From a virus (Duplodnaviria; Caudoviricetes): a stretch of DNA of 45,725 nucleotides. Every line of letters begins with the position of its first letter. Position 1 is the first letter of the stretch. Below are positions 17,511 through 25,891 of the stretch, piece after piece. The stretch lies in the IMG/VR virus record IMGVR_UViG_3300032257_000026, positions 1 through 45,725 of that record. One strand, written 5' to 3'. The position numbers and the translations under genes are program-made. The notes beneath the pieces were generated by a model. It was not told where the DNA came from. It made no database searches and saw only the letters and a list, made by a program, of their open reading frames with translations.

Positions 17511-17788
17511 GACGCACCCCGCGATCGCTCGAACGGTCCGCGCAACGACGCCGACAGCGCCGCCGGCGGTTGAGTCGAACCACCCGCGTGGATCCAGAGC
17601 CAAACAGAGCCGCCGAACAGCAGCGCCAAGCGCTCCCGCAACGACGGCCGCCAGCGCGACAACGTATAGCCCTCCGGCGGATACGCGAGGCAGCCCTGCC
17701 AGACATCCAACGACCCGCACTCCTTCTCCGACATCGTCGACGGGCGACGCAACGACGCGGTCGACTGTGCAAACTTCGACGGCTTCAT
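17507..17788 (-). CDS. Phage hypothetical protein
   Basis: CGSLDV...SRWRPSLRERLALLFGGSVWLWI...QPP; coupled at both ends. Confidence 0.7.
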   Translation of the reverse strand: MKPSKFAQSTASLRRPSTMSEKECGSLDVWQGCLAYPPEGYTLSRWRPSLRERLALLFGGSVWLWIHAGGSTQPPAALSASLRGPFERSRGAS

Positions 17789-18063
17789 TTGGCACCATCC
17801 TTACCGAGAGCGACCGCCTCCTCGAGCCGGCACAACCGATCGTCGATCCGATGCTCCGGCGGACAGCTGCGATCGCCAGACTCACGGATCGGAACATACC
17901 CGGTCGCCTGGACGATATCGGCCAACTCCTTCTCCGCCGACTCCAGACGATCGGCGAGCTCAAGAATCGCCCGCTCGAGCAACGGCTGCTCCAGCTCCGG
18001 ACGCTCCTCGCACCGCAGCCGATTCCGCTGCAGCAGGTCGATTGCCGACAACCAGCCGCTCAT
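17785..18063 (-). CDS. Hypothetical protein
   Basis: 92 aa with ATGA overlaps on both sides. Confidence 0.6.
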   Translation of the reverse strand: MSGWLSAIDLLQRNRLRCEERPELEQPLLERAILELADRLESAEKELADIVQATGYVPIRESGDRSCPPEHRIDDRLCRLEEAVALGKDGAK

Positions 18064-18845
18064 GAGAACACCTCGATCCAGCGAGCGATCGCAGCCTCGG
18101 CCGATCGATAGTCCGCCTCATCCGGACAGTTCATCTTCAGCAGGCGAGCGACCCCCCGCAGATCCTCGATCAGCGTCGAACACCCCATCCGAGCCGGCAA
18201 CGACGCGTCGAGCTCGAACGCAGACGGAGCAAGGTCGACGAACAACGACGGCAGCTCGCCAGCGCGAGCATTGAACGACACACCGCGAGCCGGCAGCACA
18301 CGACCCGAGAATTCGTCAGAAATCTCCAAACTGTTTGGAGCCGACCCATCGCAACGGATGCGGACCCGGAGCGGAGCGCGAACCGACTCAGCACCCGACC
18401 CCACAGGGGCAGACTTCGCGGAAGCCGCGCCCTCCTCCCGGTCCAGCCGCTCGACCTCGGCGGTTAGGGTGTCATTTTTATCGCGTAGGTCACGCACCTG
18501 CTTCCTGTGCCTGTCTGCACGCATCTCGGCCATGCCGTTGTTCATTAGGTCGTTGAGCCGCGACACTTCCCCCTCCGCCACCTCGGCGCGTTTGGTGGCG
18601 GCTGAGAGGTTGGACTTTAGCTCTTTAACGTCCGCGTTTGCGATGCCGATAATGACTCCCATTTTCAGGTTTTTATCTTTCAAGCACCCCCAACAATCCC
18701 CACACTCCCCACACGGCGGACCAGCTTCGCGATCAAGACGGTCCTGACCGTAGGCATTCAACAGCCCAAGCCAAGCCTCCTCACTCACCCCAGACAGCAT
18801 CTCCCGAGCCACAACCGCCCGGGCCTTTTTCGATACATCCGACAT
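18060..18845 (-). CDS. Coiled-coil hypothetical protein (mosaic)
   Basis: AAGGAGG SD before MSDVSKK; CGECGDCWGC motif followed by heptad-rich region. Confidence 0.7.
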   Translation of the reverse strand: MSDVSKKARAVVAREMLSGVSEEAWLGLLNAYGQDRLDREAGPPCGECGDCWGCLKDKNLKMGVIIGIANADVKELKSNLSAATKRAEVAEGEVSRLNDLMNNGMAEMRADRHRKQVRDLRDKNDTLTAEVERLDREEGAASAKSAPVGSGAESVRAPLRVRIRCDGSAPNSLEISDEFSGRVLPARGVSFNARAGELPSLFVDLAPSAFELDASLPARMGCSTLIEDLRGVARLLKMNCPDEADYRSAEAAIARWIEVFS

Positions 18846-18896
18846 TTGCGGAACCTCCTTTTTGCATACGGCGATCAACCGTAGGCGCGTTTTGAA

Positions 18897-18905
18897 ATCA
18901 TAACA
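18897..18905 (-). promoter_or_regulatory. Possible extended -10 promoter
   Basis: TGTTATGAT about 50 nt upstream of ATG 18845. Confidence 0.35.
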
Positions 18906-19442
18906 TCGTCTGAGCCCACCCACTTAGCGCTTCGGGGGGGCCCCCTCATTCCGCGGGCCGGGGGGCCGGCGGGGGGCCTGCCCGAGCAGCCGGAGCGGCG
19001 ACGACGGACGGCGATCGGCACCGACCGAGTCGCATCTAGGCGAGCGCTTCGATGGGGGCGAAAGTCCTCGCACCCAAAAAAGGCCGCCGTTCCGCCAAGG
19101 TCCGATAACGGCCATTGAGTCACCCTAGGCCAGAAGGCCCAGCGTTCCGGGCTTTCCCCGAATCTGTACCCCAGAGAGGTCGCTCGCTTTCGCCTCCACC
19201 AGTCGCAACTAGGCGCCGAGCTCCAGGAGCACACCAGCGACGGCGATCGGGAGCCGGTGTGCAGGTACGCCGCCAGGCCCAGCCTTTTAGCCGACGCGCA
19301 GGCGCGCTTGCAGAGCCGGTCCAGCCGGCAGCCAGCGGCAGGGTGCCACAATTTCGCTGCGGCTAAGCGCCGCACCGGAACTTTGACTGGGCCAGACAGC
19401 CTTGATTCCCCGAGCGATCGTTCAGCCGCGCGGTAGCGCTCG

Positions 19443-19602
19443 TCTCCCCCGCCGTAAGGCGAGAGGGGGAGAGGAGCGGTTCGACCACGCCCCAGGTTCG
19501 ATCTTGTCCCCCGATATAGATCCTCCCTACTAAGCCCCCCCCCTTTAGGGGGGGGGCCTAGGTAGGGGCCCCCGCTAAGTAGGGGCCCGTGCTTAGTACG
19601 GG
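19443..19602. repeat. Cluster of inverted repeats/hairpins (candidate origin or structured element)
   Basis: TCTCCCCC..GCC-GTAA-GGC..GGGGGAGA; GC9-TTTA-G9C; GGGCCCC..GGGGCCC; CCCGTGC-TTA-GTACGGG. Confidence 0.6.
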
Positions 19603-19643
19603 GTTTATTCCGTAAGCTGTAGAGAGCAGGGGAGTTACGCACG

Positions 19644-20036
19644 CTAAAAATCGTCCATATCGGGGAGCGGCTCAACAGCAACAGGGCAGTACCCATCGCA
19701 CCCCTGGTCAACCCCTATTGGGCCCATTTCGGCCTTCAGGCGCCGATCGGCGGCATTGGCGTGGGCATGACGCAGGACGGTAGCGGCGCGCCGGTAGACC
19801 TTCCGCTCGAGCGCTTCAGCGGTCGACTTGGCCAGGCCGTAGCGGTTGGCGAGCCGGTAGAGAGGCACGCCAGGACCGGGCGCCAGGAGCCGCTCCACGA
19901 GCACGGCATCCTCGAACGCAGCGAGGGCACGGACGCGCTCCTGGACGGCGCCAGCGGTATCAGGGCCGACCGCTTCGAGCGCAGCCTTAAGCCCTCGACG
20001 CAGCTCCCCGTTCGGCTTCCGGCTACGTTTAGCCAC
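19644..20036 (-). CDS. Putative HTH DNA-binding protein (sigma region 4-like)
   Basis: VLVERLL...VPLYRLANRYGLAKSTAEALERK; start uncertain (20036 or 20129). Confidence 0.5.
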   Translation of the reverse strand: MAKRSRKPNGELRRGLKAALEAVGPDTAGAVQERVRALAAFEDAVLVERLLAPGPGVPLYRLANRYGLAKSTAEALERKVYRRAATVLRHAHANAADRRLKAEMGPIGVDQGCDGYCPVAVEPLPDMDDF

Positions 20037-20301
20037 CGGAGCCGCCGCGATGGGACCGCCAGAGCGCGGCGATCGCTTCGAGGTCGCACCCAGACCGAAC
20101 GCGACCTCCCGAAGAGCGGAATTCACCACCCGCGACCCGTACCATCAACTCCCGCTGCCACGGATCGATATCGAGATGGCGAAGGGCCATCCGAGAGAAC
20201 CGGAGATGCGAGAAGATCGCCCGCACGCCGCCTGGCGCCTCGACGAATTCAGGCGGCAGCGACATCAAGACGGCCGGCGGATCGTACTGCCGCCGGATCA
20301 T
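20029..20301 (-). CDS. Hypothetical protein
   Basis: ATGA overlap at 20298-20301; MIRRQYDPPAVL. Confidence 0.5.
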   Translation of the reverse strand: MIRRQYDPPAVLMSLPPEFVEAPGGVRAIFSHLRFSRMALRHLDIDPWQRELMVRVAGGEFRSSGGRVRSGCDLEAIAALWRSHRGGSGG

Positions 20302-20636
20302 CGCTCCACCCGCCTGGCGAGCCGCACCGAAACGATCCGACCAGCGGCATCGGTGTGGAGCCGCTCGATCTTGCGACCGAACAGGGTCCCAGAGATCCTG
20401 AGCTCCTCCTGCAGGGGATCGCCCCGGAGCCCGAGCGCGAGGCATTCGCTATACGGCAGCACGCGGAACGAATGCCGGCGCCAGGTGGCGCGATCGTAGG
20501 CGCCGAGTAGCGCAGAGCCGCCGAGATCCAGGAGGACCAGCAGGTCGGCATGCGTAGCCGGCAGATCATCGCGACGCGGCCGCGGCCAGCGGGGGAAGCC
20601 CATGATGGCGTTCAGACCGAGCAGAGCGGCGATCAT
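20298..20636 (-). CDS. Hypothetical protein
   Basis: GGAGG SD; coupled overlaps at both ends. Confidence 0.55.
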   Translation of the reverse strand: MIAALLGLNAIMGFPRWPRPRRDDLPATHADLLVLLDLGGSALLGAYDRATWRRHSFRVLPYSECLALGLRGDPLQEELRISGTLFGRKIERLHTDAAGRIVSVRLARRVER

Positions 20637-21232
20637 GGCTCCACCTCCTCGAGCCCGCGGAGCGTTGGATATTTGCCAGGGCCGCCGGCCGACCGGTAGA
20701 GCCGATCGACGCCGGCCGCGTTGGCGGTCGACACCCGCTTACCCTTCAGCTGCAGCGTGGCCGTCTGGTTGCCGAGCGCACGACCGATCCAGCCGCGCTT
20801 GGCGCCATTGGCGACCAGCCACCGAACCTGGCGATGAGTAGGGGCAGCATCCAGAAACCCGCGACCACCCCAAGCGAGCACATCCTCCCAGCGGATCGCT
20901 AGGATCCTCTTCTCGGTATCCCGCCGGACGTAATGCTTGCCCTCGCAGTAGGCAGCCTTGGCCAGCGTCGACTTAGCGATACCAGCGATCCCAGCCAGGC
21001 GCTTGTAACCGACGCCACGGCCGGTCCATAGCTTGATCCGGGCCAGCAGGCGCCGCTTAGGCACGAGCGGATTCCCATCGCCAGCCTTGGCCGCCTGGTA
21101 CCGGGCGCAGGAGTAGCGGGAGTTGGCCGCCCTGCAGGGCAGACAGCGACAGCCCGCGAGGTAGCGATAGCGCTGCCCGTGTGGGTAGCCCGCGTAGAGC
21201 GATTTGTGGTCGGGCATCCGATCCGGCTTCAC
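20633..21232 (-). CDS. Zn-binding plus HTH DNA-binding protein
   Basis: HG..YRY..GCRCLPCRAANSRY followed by GVGYKRLAGIAGIAKSTL HTH. Confidence 0.7.
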   Translation of the reverse strand: MKPDRMPDHKSLYAGYPHGQRYRYLAGCRCLPCRAANSRYSCARYQAAKAGDGNPLVPKRRLLARIKLWTGRGVGYKRLAGIAGIAKSTLAKAAYCEGKHYVRRDTEKRILAIRWEDVLAWGGRGFLDAAPTHRQVRWLVANGAKRGWIGRALGNQTATLQLKGKRVSTANAAGVDRLYRSAGGPGKYPTLRGLEEVEP

Positions 21233-21516
21233 GATCGCCGCCGGTTGCGCCGAGCGCGCATAGACGACCCGGTCGACCGCGGCCGCGGCCTTGGCGGAAG
21301 GGGCCCCCGCCGGTAGGACCGCAGGCCGCAGCGGCAGGATGCGACCCGCTGCGATTCACCGAGCCAGACCGGCAAATGCGGATATTCGCCAGACCGCTCA
21401 CAGCGCCGCCGGCGCCACCACCGGCGGACGCGCACCAGCGGCTCGAGGAAATCGAGTAGGAAAACCAGCAGCAGCAGCAGGAACAGCAGCAGCAAGGGGG
21501 TTAGATTCTCAGGCAT
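21229..21516 (-). CDS. Small membrane-anchored hypothetical protein
   Basis: GGAGG SD; poly-Leu TM helix followed by an Arg-rich and Cys-containing tail. Confidence 0.55.
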   Translation of the reverse strand: MPENLTPLLLLFLLLLLVFLLDFLEPLVRVRRWWRRRRCERSGEYPHLPVWLGESQRVASCRCGLRSYRRGPLPPRPRPRSTGSSMRARRNRRRS

Positions 21517-21578
21517 AGGGACCTCCAATAGTCCGGATAGGAGCGACATCGTGCTCCAAAAAGTGTTAACAGTGGCGC

Positions 21579-21655
21579 TTTCTTGCTCCGCAAAATGGGG
21601 TTTCTTGCTCCGCCTGTGATCGATATGGAGCCCTTTGTGCTGCGCCTGTGATCGA
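21579..21655. repeat. Phased direct repeats in an intergenic region
   Basis: TTTCTTGCTCCGC at 21579 and 21601; CGCCTGTGATCGA at 21611 and 21643. Confidence 0.65.
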
Positions 21656-21738
21656 CGTGATCTGGACGCTTGCAAGAAAGCGCGGAATGGCGGCATTTCT
21701 AACGTTGAGCGAAAGATCTCGTGTGTGCTTCCAGGAGA

Positions 21739-22059
21739 TCACCGTGCTCTCCGCCGAGCTCCGCGGCGCCTTAAAGGCTCCGCGAGAACAGCCTCCGCGA
21801 CATCCGGATCCCAGCCTCCAGGACCACCCGAGCACCGCATTTGACGATGGACCAGCCGTTTGATCCGGCCCTTCGGCCGGCGGCCAGACCAGATCACGCC
21901 GCCGGCTTCGTAGCGTTCCCAGTAGACGACACCAGGCGCGCTGTACGGCCGCCTGCTGGCCCCGGGACCAAAAGCCAGCGCCCAGCCAGCGTGGTGGCAC
22001 GATCGGCAGCCAGAGCCCCCGCAGCGCTCGCAGACGACCATCGCAGTGGCCGCCTTCAC
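21739..22059 (-). CDS. Hypothetical protein with an N-terminal CxxCxGxG motif
   Basis: CERCGGSGCRSC; GTGA coupling. Confidence 0.55.
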   Translation of the reverse strand: MKAATAMVVCERCGGSGCRSCHHAGWALAFGPGASRRPYSAPGVVYWERYEAGGVIWSGRRPKGRIKRLVHRQMRCSGGPGGWDPDVAEAVLAEPLRRRGARRRAR

Positions 22060-22262
22060 CGGTACACCGCCCGGCAGGACGGGCAGACGGCCTCGACCGA
22101 CCCGCCCATGCAGACCGAGCAACCCGACCGGACCGGCACCAAAGGATCGATGCCTTCGCCGGAGCAGCGCTGGCATTCGACCATCGTCTCGGCATAGCCG
22201 CCCGGCCGCGGCGCCAGGACCATCACCTCGCCCTCGCCGGAGCATTCTCGGCAGAGCTTCAT
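22056..22262 (-). CDS. DnaJ-type zinc-finger small protein
   Basis: CRECSGEG...CQRCSGEG...CSVC...CPSC. Confidence 0.7.
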   Translation of the reverse strand: MKLCRECSGEGEVMVLAPRPGGYAETMVECQRCSGEGIDPLVPVRSGCSVCMGGSVEAVCPSCRAVYR

Positions 22263-22960
22263 CGCCACGCCTTCGCACGATCGGCGATCGCCGCCAGTTC
22301 AGATCCGAGCCCGCAGCCCGGGAGCGACCAGACCGAATGGTCCACATCGACGCGCTCGCGGCCCCGGAGCTTCTGGTTGTCGCCAGCCCCGACGCAGTAG
22401 AGCCGGCTGCCCCGACCGAAATCGATGACCAGGTCCGTGGAAAGGCCGAACGGGATGCCCTCCTGGCGAGCGATATCGGCCGCGGTAGCGCACGCATCGC
22501 GCGCCGAGTAGAGATCCCGGCAGACGTAAGCGACCGAGCGGTTAGAACCGCCACGAGCGGCATCGATCACGACGCCCAGCGCGCGGACGGTTCGACCGAG
22601 TGCGCGTATCGGCAGCTGCGCGACGCAGGCGCTGAGCAGATCAGGCTCCGGCTTCCAGAGCCCCTGCTTCCCGAGCGCCATGACGGGCTCGAGCAGCGCG
22701 ATGGGACTAGAGACCAGCCAAGCGTTCTTGTACGGCCATTGCACATCCTCGTTTCGGACGCACGAGCCGAGCCGCACCATGCCGATGAAGGCGCCGCGCG
22801 ATCGGAGGCCATCGAGCACGACGCCGCGCTTCGATTTGTCCTGGGTAGCGTGGATGAACAGCCGGCCGGAGTAGCGAGGCCGCCAGTTGCGGAACTCGCG
22901 ATCCTTCGAGCCTTCGATGAGTTGGCGAGCGTAAGGTTGATTGACGGAGAGCGCGCGCAT
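22259..22960 (-). CDS. ASCH-domain protein with a C-terminal extension
   Basis: MRALSVNQPYA..LIEGSKDREFRNW....GRLFIHA...GKQGLW; GGAGGAG SD. Confidence 0.85.
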   Translation of the reverse strand: MRALSVNQPYARQLIEGSKDREFRNWRPRYSGRLFIHATQDKSKRGVVLDGLRSRGAFIGMVRLGSCVRNEDVQWPYKNAWLVSSPIALLEPVMALGKQGLWKPEPDLLSACVAQLPIRALGRTVRALGVVIDAARGGSNRSVAYVCRDLYSARDACATAADIARQEGIPFGLSTDLVIDFGRGSRLYCVGAGDNQKLRGRERVDVDHSVWSLPGCGLGSELAAIADRAKAWR

Positions 22961-22961
22961 A

Positions 22962-23252
22962 TCACTCCTCCCCGGTCGCAGCGTCGATCGCTTCGCCGAA
23001 CGATCGCGCGGCGCGCGTAACCAGCCCGAGCGTTGTGTCGCACAGACCGACATCCGAGGGGAGCTCGTACTCGAACGATTGCCAAGTCCTAGAGTCCTCG
23101 CCGCGCGGCGAGCAGAGCACCAGAAAAAAGCCGTCGATCTCGCCATTCTTCTGCGCTTGCTCGAGCACGCCGACGATGTTGCTGTGGACCGTTGCCGCAG
23201 CCGGCTCGACCGGGAAACGACTGAGACCAGAGCCGCCAGGTTTCTTCTTCAA
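22962..23252 (-). CDS. Hypothetical protein
   Basis: AAGGAG SD, TTG start overlapping the upstream stop. Confidence 0.6.
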   Translation of the reverse strand: MKKKPGGSGLSRFPVEPAAATVHSNIVGVLEQAQKNGEIDGFFLVLCSPRGEDSRTWQSFEYELPSDVGLCDTTLGLVTRAARSFGEAIDAATGEE

Positions 23253-23413
23253 AACAGTTCTCCTTGATTGCGATCCAGCCAGCGATCGACTTGCGCCTCG
23301 AGCTTCTTGGCGCGCGCCAGGTCGGACTGGTTGCGGTGTTGAAAGTACGCCTTCTGGTAGCTACGCATCCGCGCTACCAACTTCATGAATTCTTCCGTCG
23401 ACAGCTTCGCCAT
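23249..23413 (-). CDS. Small helical hypothetical protein (54 aa)
   Basis: Not in the ORF track. GAGGGG SD; MAKLSTEEFMKLVARMRSYQKAYFQHRNQSDLARAKKLEAQVDRWLDRNQGELF. Confidence 0.7.
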   Translation of the reverse strand: MAKLSTEEFMKLVARMRSYQKAYFQHRNQSDLARAKKLEAQVDRWLDRNQGELF

Positions 23414-23705
23414 TGGTCCCCTCTATCCGTTGCTCGACAGCGCGCAGCTCATCCATGAACCGCTCGAAGCCATCGAGCCGATATGACAATTGCTTGGGCG
23501 ATATGCCGAGATACTCGGCAGCGTTCCCGTGGTGGCCTTTATGCAGCCAGAGCGCCTCGGCGACCAGGAGCCTGGCCGCGGTATCGAGTAGGCTCTCATC
23601 GCCCAGCCGTTGCGGAGCGATCAGGTCGAGCAGCTGCACCGGCGACAACGGCATGTCGACCAGATGGAGCTGCGGCAGCTTCCGCTTGAGGCGATACGTT
23701 GGCAT
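23361..23705 (-). CDS. Fis-type HTH protein
   Basis: LVAEALWLHKGHHGNAAEYLGISPKQLSYRL matches the HTH_8 pattern. Confidence 0.75.
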   Translation of the reverse strand: MPTYRLKRKLPQLHLVDMPLSPVQLLDLIAPQRLGDESLLDTAARLLVAEALWLHKGHHGNAAEYLGISPKQLSYRLDGFERFMDELRAVEQRIEGTNGEAVDGRIHEVGSADA

Positions 23706-24031
23706 CAGCCGCGACGGTTGAATGAATCGAGAATCATCTGGTCGAGCTTCTGCCTAGCGCGCCGAGCGAGGTTCGAGGCGAGCTCGCGCCGGCACTTCGC
23801 CTCGTCGATCGCGCGCAGGATCTCGGCGGAGTACTCGAACGAACGCTCCTCGCCTTCGCTCGAGCGACCGACCCAGCCAGCGCCGCCGAGCCGGACGGAC
23901 GCGCCATAGTCGCGAGAGCCATCCTCGCGCACGAACGGCCAGCCGCTCTCGAAGCGACAGAGCATCTCGGGCGAGAGCACCGCGATCGCGATATCGCCGG
24001 CGTTCGAATCCGATTGATACTTGATGGTCAT
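23705..24031 (-). CDS. Hypothetical protein
   Basis: 108 aa, coupled overlaps. Confidence 0.6.
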   Translation of the reverse strand: MTIKYQSDSNAGDIAIAVLSPEMLCRFESGWPFVREDGSRDYGASVRLGGAGWVGRSSEGEERSFEYSAEILRAIDEAKCRRELASNLARRARQKLDQMILDSFNRRG

Positions 24032-24228
24032 AGGCCGCGAGCCCCCAATAGGAAATCCAGGATGCGATCCCAGAGCGTAGGCCGCTCAAGCTCCTCGAGT
24101 AGCGGGATCGCTTCGCGCCGTTGGCTGTCGCATGACGAGCAGCGGTGGACGATATACATCCAGCCGCGGCAGCGCGACTCAACAGACGCGCGGACGGACA
24201 CCAGGCCGCAGGCGAGGCAGCGGTTCAT
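24028..24228 (-). CDS. Small zinc-ribbon protein
   Basis: CLAC...CSSC; coupled overlaps. Confidence 0.55.
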   Translation of the reverse strand: MNRCLACGLVSVRASVESRCRGWMYIVHRCSSCDSQRREAIPLLEELERPTLWDRILDFLLGARGL

Positions 24229-24671
24229 GACGGCACCTGCGTCGCCGGCGGCGAGTTGCGCCAGACGAGCTGCACGAGCGCCTCCTTAAAGGCCGTGGTC
24301 TGGTTGACGTTGCCGAGAGCGAACAACGACGCCACCGCGAGCTGCTGCCGCCGAGCCTTCTCGGTCGGTAGCTTGACGATCCGCAGGAATTCGAGAAAAC
24401 AGCTGTGCTCGTAGTAGCGCCGGCCGCAGGGTAGCGGCAGCCGCACCGGGTAGGCCGCACCGAGCCGACCCTCGTGCATCAAGCCGATTAGCTTTAAGTA
24501 CTCCCCATCGCAGCGAGCGATCCACTTACGGTCCTGAGCGCAGACGCGCTGCGCGTGCAGCCAGACCCGCCAGCGTAGCTGTGGTTCGGAGAGGTCCTCG
24601 CGGATTTCGCGAGCAGGCGCCGAGCAGCGCCGCCAGAAGTCGGAGAGGGTAGCCGTCGCCAGGCTAACCAC
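24225..24671 (-). CDS. Hypothetical protein
   Basis: 148 aa, fills the gap in the operon. Confidence 0.55.
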   Translation of the reverse strand: MVSLATATLSDFWRRCSAPAREIREDLSEPQLRWRVWLHAQRVCAQDRKWIARCDGEYLKLIGLMHEGRLGAAYPVRLPLPCGRRYYEHSCFLEFLRIVKLPTEKARRQQLAVASLFALGNVNQTTAFKEALVQLVWRNSPPATQVPS

Positions 24672-24673
24672 GA

Positions 24674-25363
24674 TCAGACGATCCGCAGGTTACCGGGGGC
24701 CTCCGGTAAGATCACGGGAGTCACGACCACGGCCGCGGCAGCGGACCGCTGCACAGTACCGCCGAGCGACGCATCATCGCCGGGCAGTTGCGTGCCATCG
24801 ACAACGAACCACGGCTGCTCGAGCACGATATCCGCCGAGCCACCAGCGGCGTTGGGCTCGATGACGATCTCCATCGCGATCGAGCGCGAATCGAGCCGCG
24901 AGAACGAAGTCACCGTTACACCCGGGTAATTGATGGACGCGACGATCGTCGGCGAGAAGTTGAAGCCGGCGACAGCGAGATTGCAGTCGACGCCACCACC
25001 GACGATCGGCGAGCAGTTGGCGATCACGTTGACGACTTGCGGATCTGGCCAGGCGCGCAGCTCGCGACCGTAGCCGATTGAATCGCCGGCGGCGCTGTAG
25101 GACCGCGCGCTGATGAAGTACTCCCCTTCGGCCGGGAGCACGAGCGTGGCCGCCGTAGTAGCGCCAGCGTCGACTTGGCCATCGTAAGCGACCCAGCCCT
25201 GGGCCTCGCGCGACTGGGCCCCGTAAAACAGCCTGTACCCGGTAGCGCCGGCGACGGGATCGAACCCGATGGTGCAAGTGTTATCTGGCGCGGTTTGAGC
25301 GAACGATGCGATCGAGGCGAGCAGCGCGATGCACGCGGCCGCCAGCAGTTTTCGAAGCTTCAT
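24674..25363 (-). CDS. Exported protein with a fibronectin type III-like domain and a second Ig-like domain
   Basis: Signal peptide MKLRKLLAAACIALLASIASFA; FDPVAGATGYRLFYG...YFISARSY..AGDS; GAGGAG SD. Confidence 0.75.
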   Translation of the reverse strand: MKLRKLLAAACIALLASIASFAQTAPDNTCTIGFDPVAGATGYRLFYGAQSREAQGWVAYDGQVDAGATTAATLVLPAEGEYFISARSYSAAGDSIGYGRELRAWPDPQVVNVIANCSPIVGGGVDCNLAVAGFNFSPTIVASINYPGVTVTSFSRLDSRSIAMEIVIEPNAAGGSADIVLEQPWFVVDGTQLPGDDASLGGTVQRSAAAAVVVTPVILPEAPGNLRIV

Positions 25364-25668
25364 GACCTCTCCTCTACAGCCGGCCGGACGCCCTCAATAA
25401 CGAGATCGCTGGCCGAGCGATTGAGGACATCCCGAATGTGGGATGCCCAAAAGTGTGCGACGCAGCCGAGAACCCCGTTGCGCCGGCATGGAAATCTTAC
25501 CGTACCTTTCCCGAGCAGCCGATGAACGACGCTTCGGCGACCGGCGCCGAAGTCGAGCTGATCAACTTCGACCCAGAGCGACACGATCGCGGAATGCGCT
25601 GGCACGCCTTGCGCCAGCGCCGCATATCCGGCGTTGCGGACGATCGACACGAGCTCCGCGCGGCTCAT
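25360..25668 (-). CDS. Hypothetical protein
   Basis: MSRAELVSIVRNAG; stop overlaps the next ATG. Confidence 0.5.
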   Translation of the reverse strand: MSRAELVSIVRNAGYAALAQGVPAHSAIVSLWVEVDQLDFGAGRRSVVHRLLGKGTVRFPCRRNGVLGCVAHFWASHIRDVLNRSASDLVIEGVRPAVEERS

Positions 25669-25678
25669 GAGAGAACCA

Positions 25679-25891
25679 TCATGGCCGCACCATCCGAACC
25701 GTCCCCGTTGCGCCGCCGGCAGTTTCGATCGCCAGCCGTGTGCCTTCCGGTTGATCCGCGAGCCGACCGAGCGCACGGACCAGCTCGACCTGGCCAGCCG
25801 TAGGCTCGCAGCCGGCGATCTTGCGCGCGCACGCTTCCGGACGATCGCGCATCGCGACGAGCTGTTCATCGGTGAACCAATCGTTACTCAT
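25679..25891 (-). CDS. Hypothetical protein
   Basis: MSNDWFTDEQL; start overlaps the upstream gene end. Confidence 0.5.
   Translation of the reverse strand: MSNDWFTDEQLVAMRDRPEACARKIAGCEPTAGQVELVRALGRLADQPEGTRLAIETAGGATGTVRMVRP

Noticed and set aside
19465-19512. tRNA-like segment with two GGTTCGA motifs between GGGGGA and TCCCCC
   Set aside because: Only about 48 nt, with no D-arm or anticodon arm and no proper 5 bp T-stem
18875-19711. 278 aa minus-strand ORF
   Set aside because: No SD-led start or recognisable domain and it overlaps neighbours; not called as a CDS, though it remains possible
21466-21494. CAG triplet run
   Set aside because: Poly-Leu codons (CTG) of a transmembrane helix
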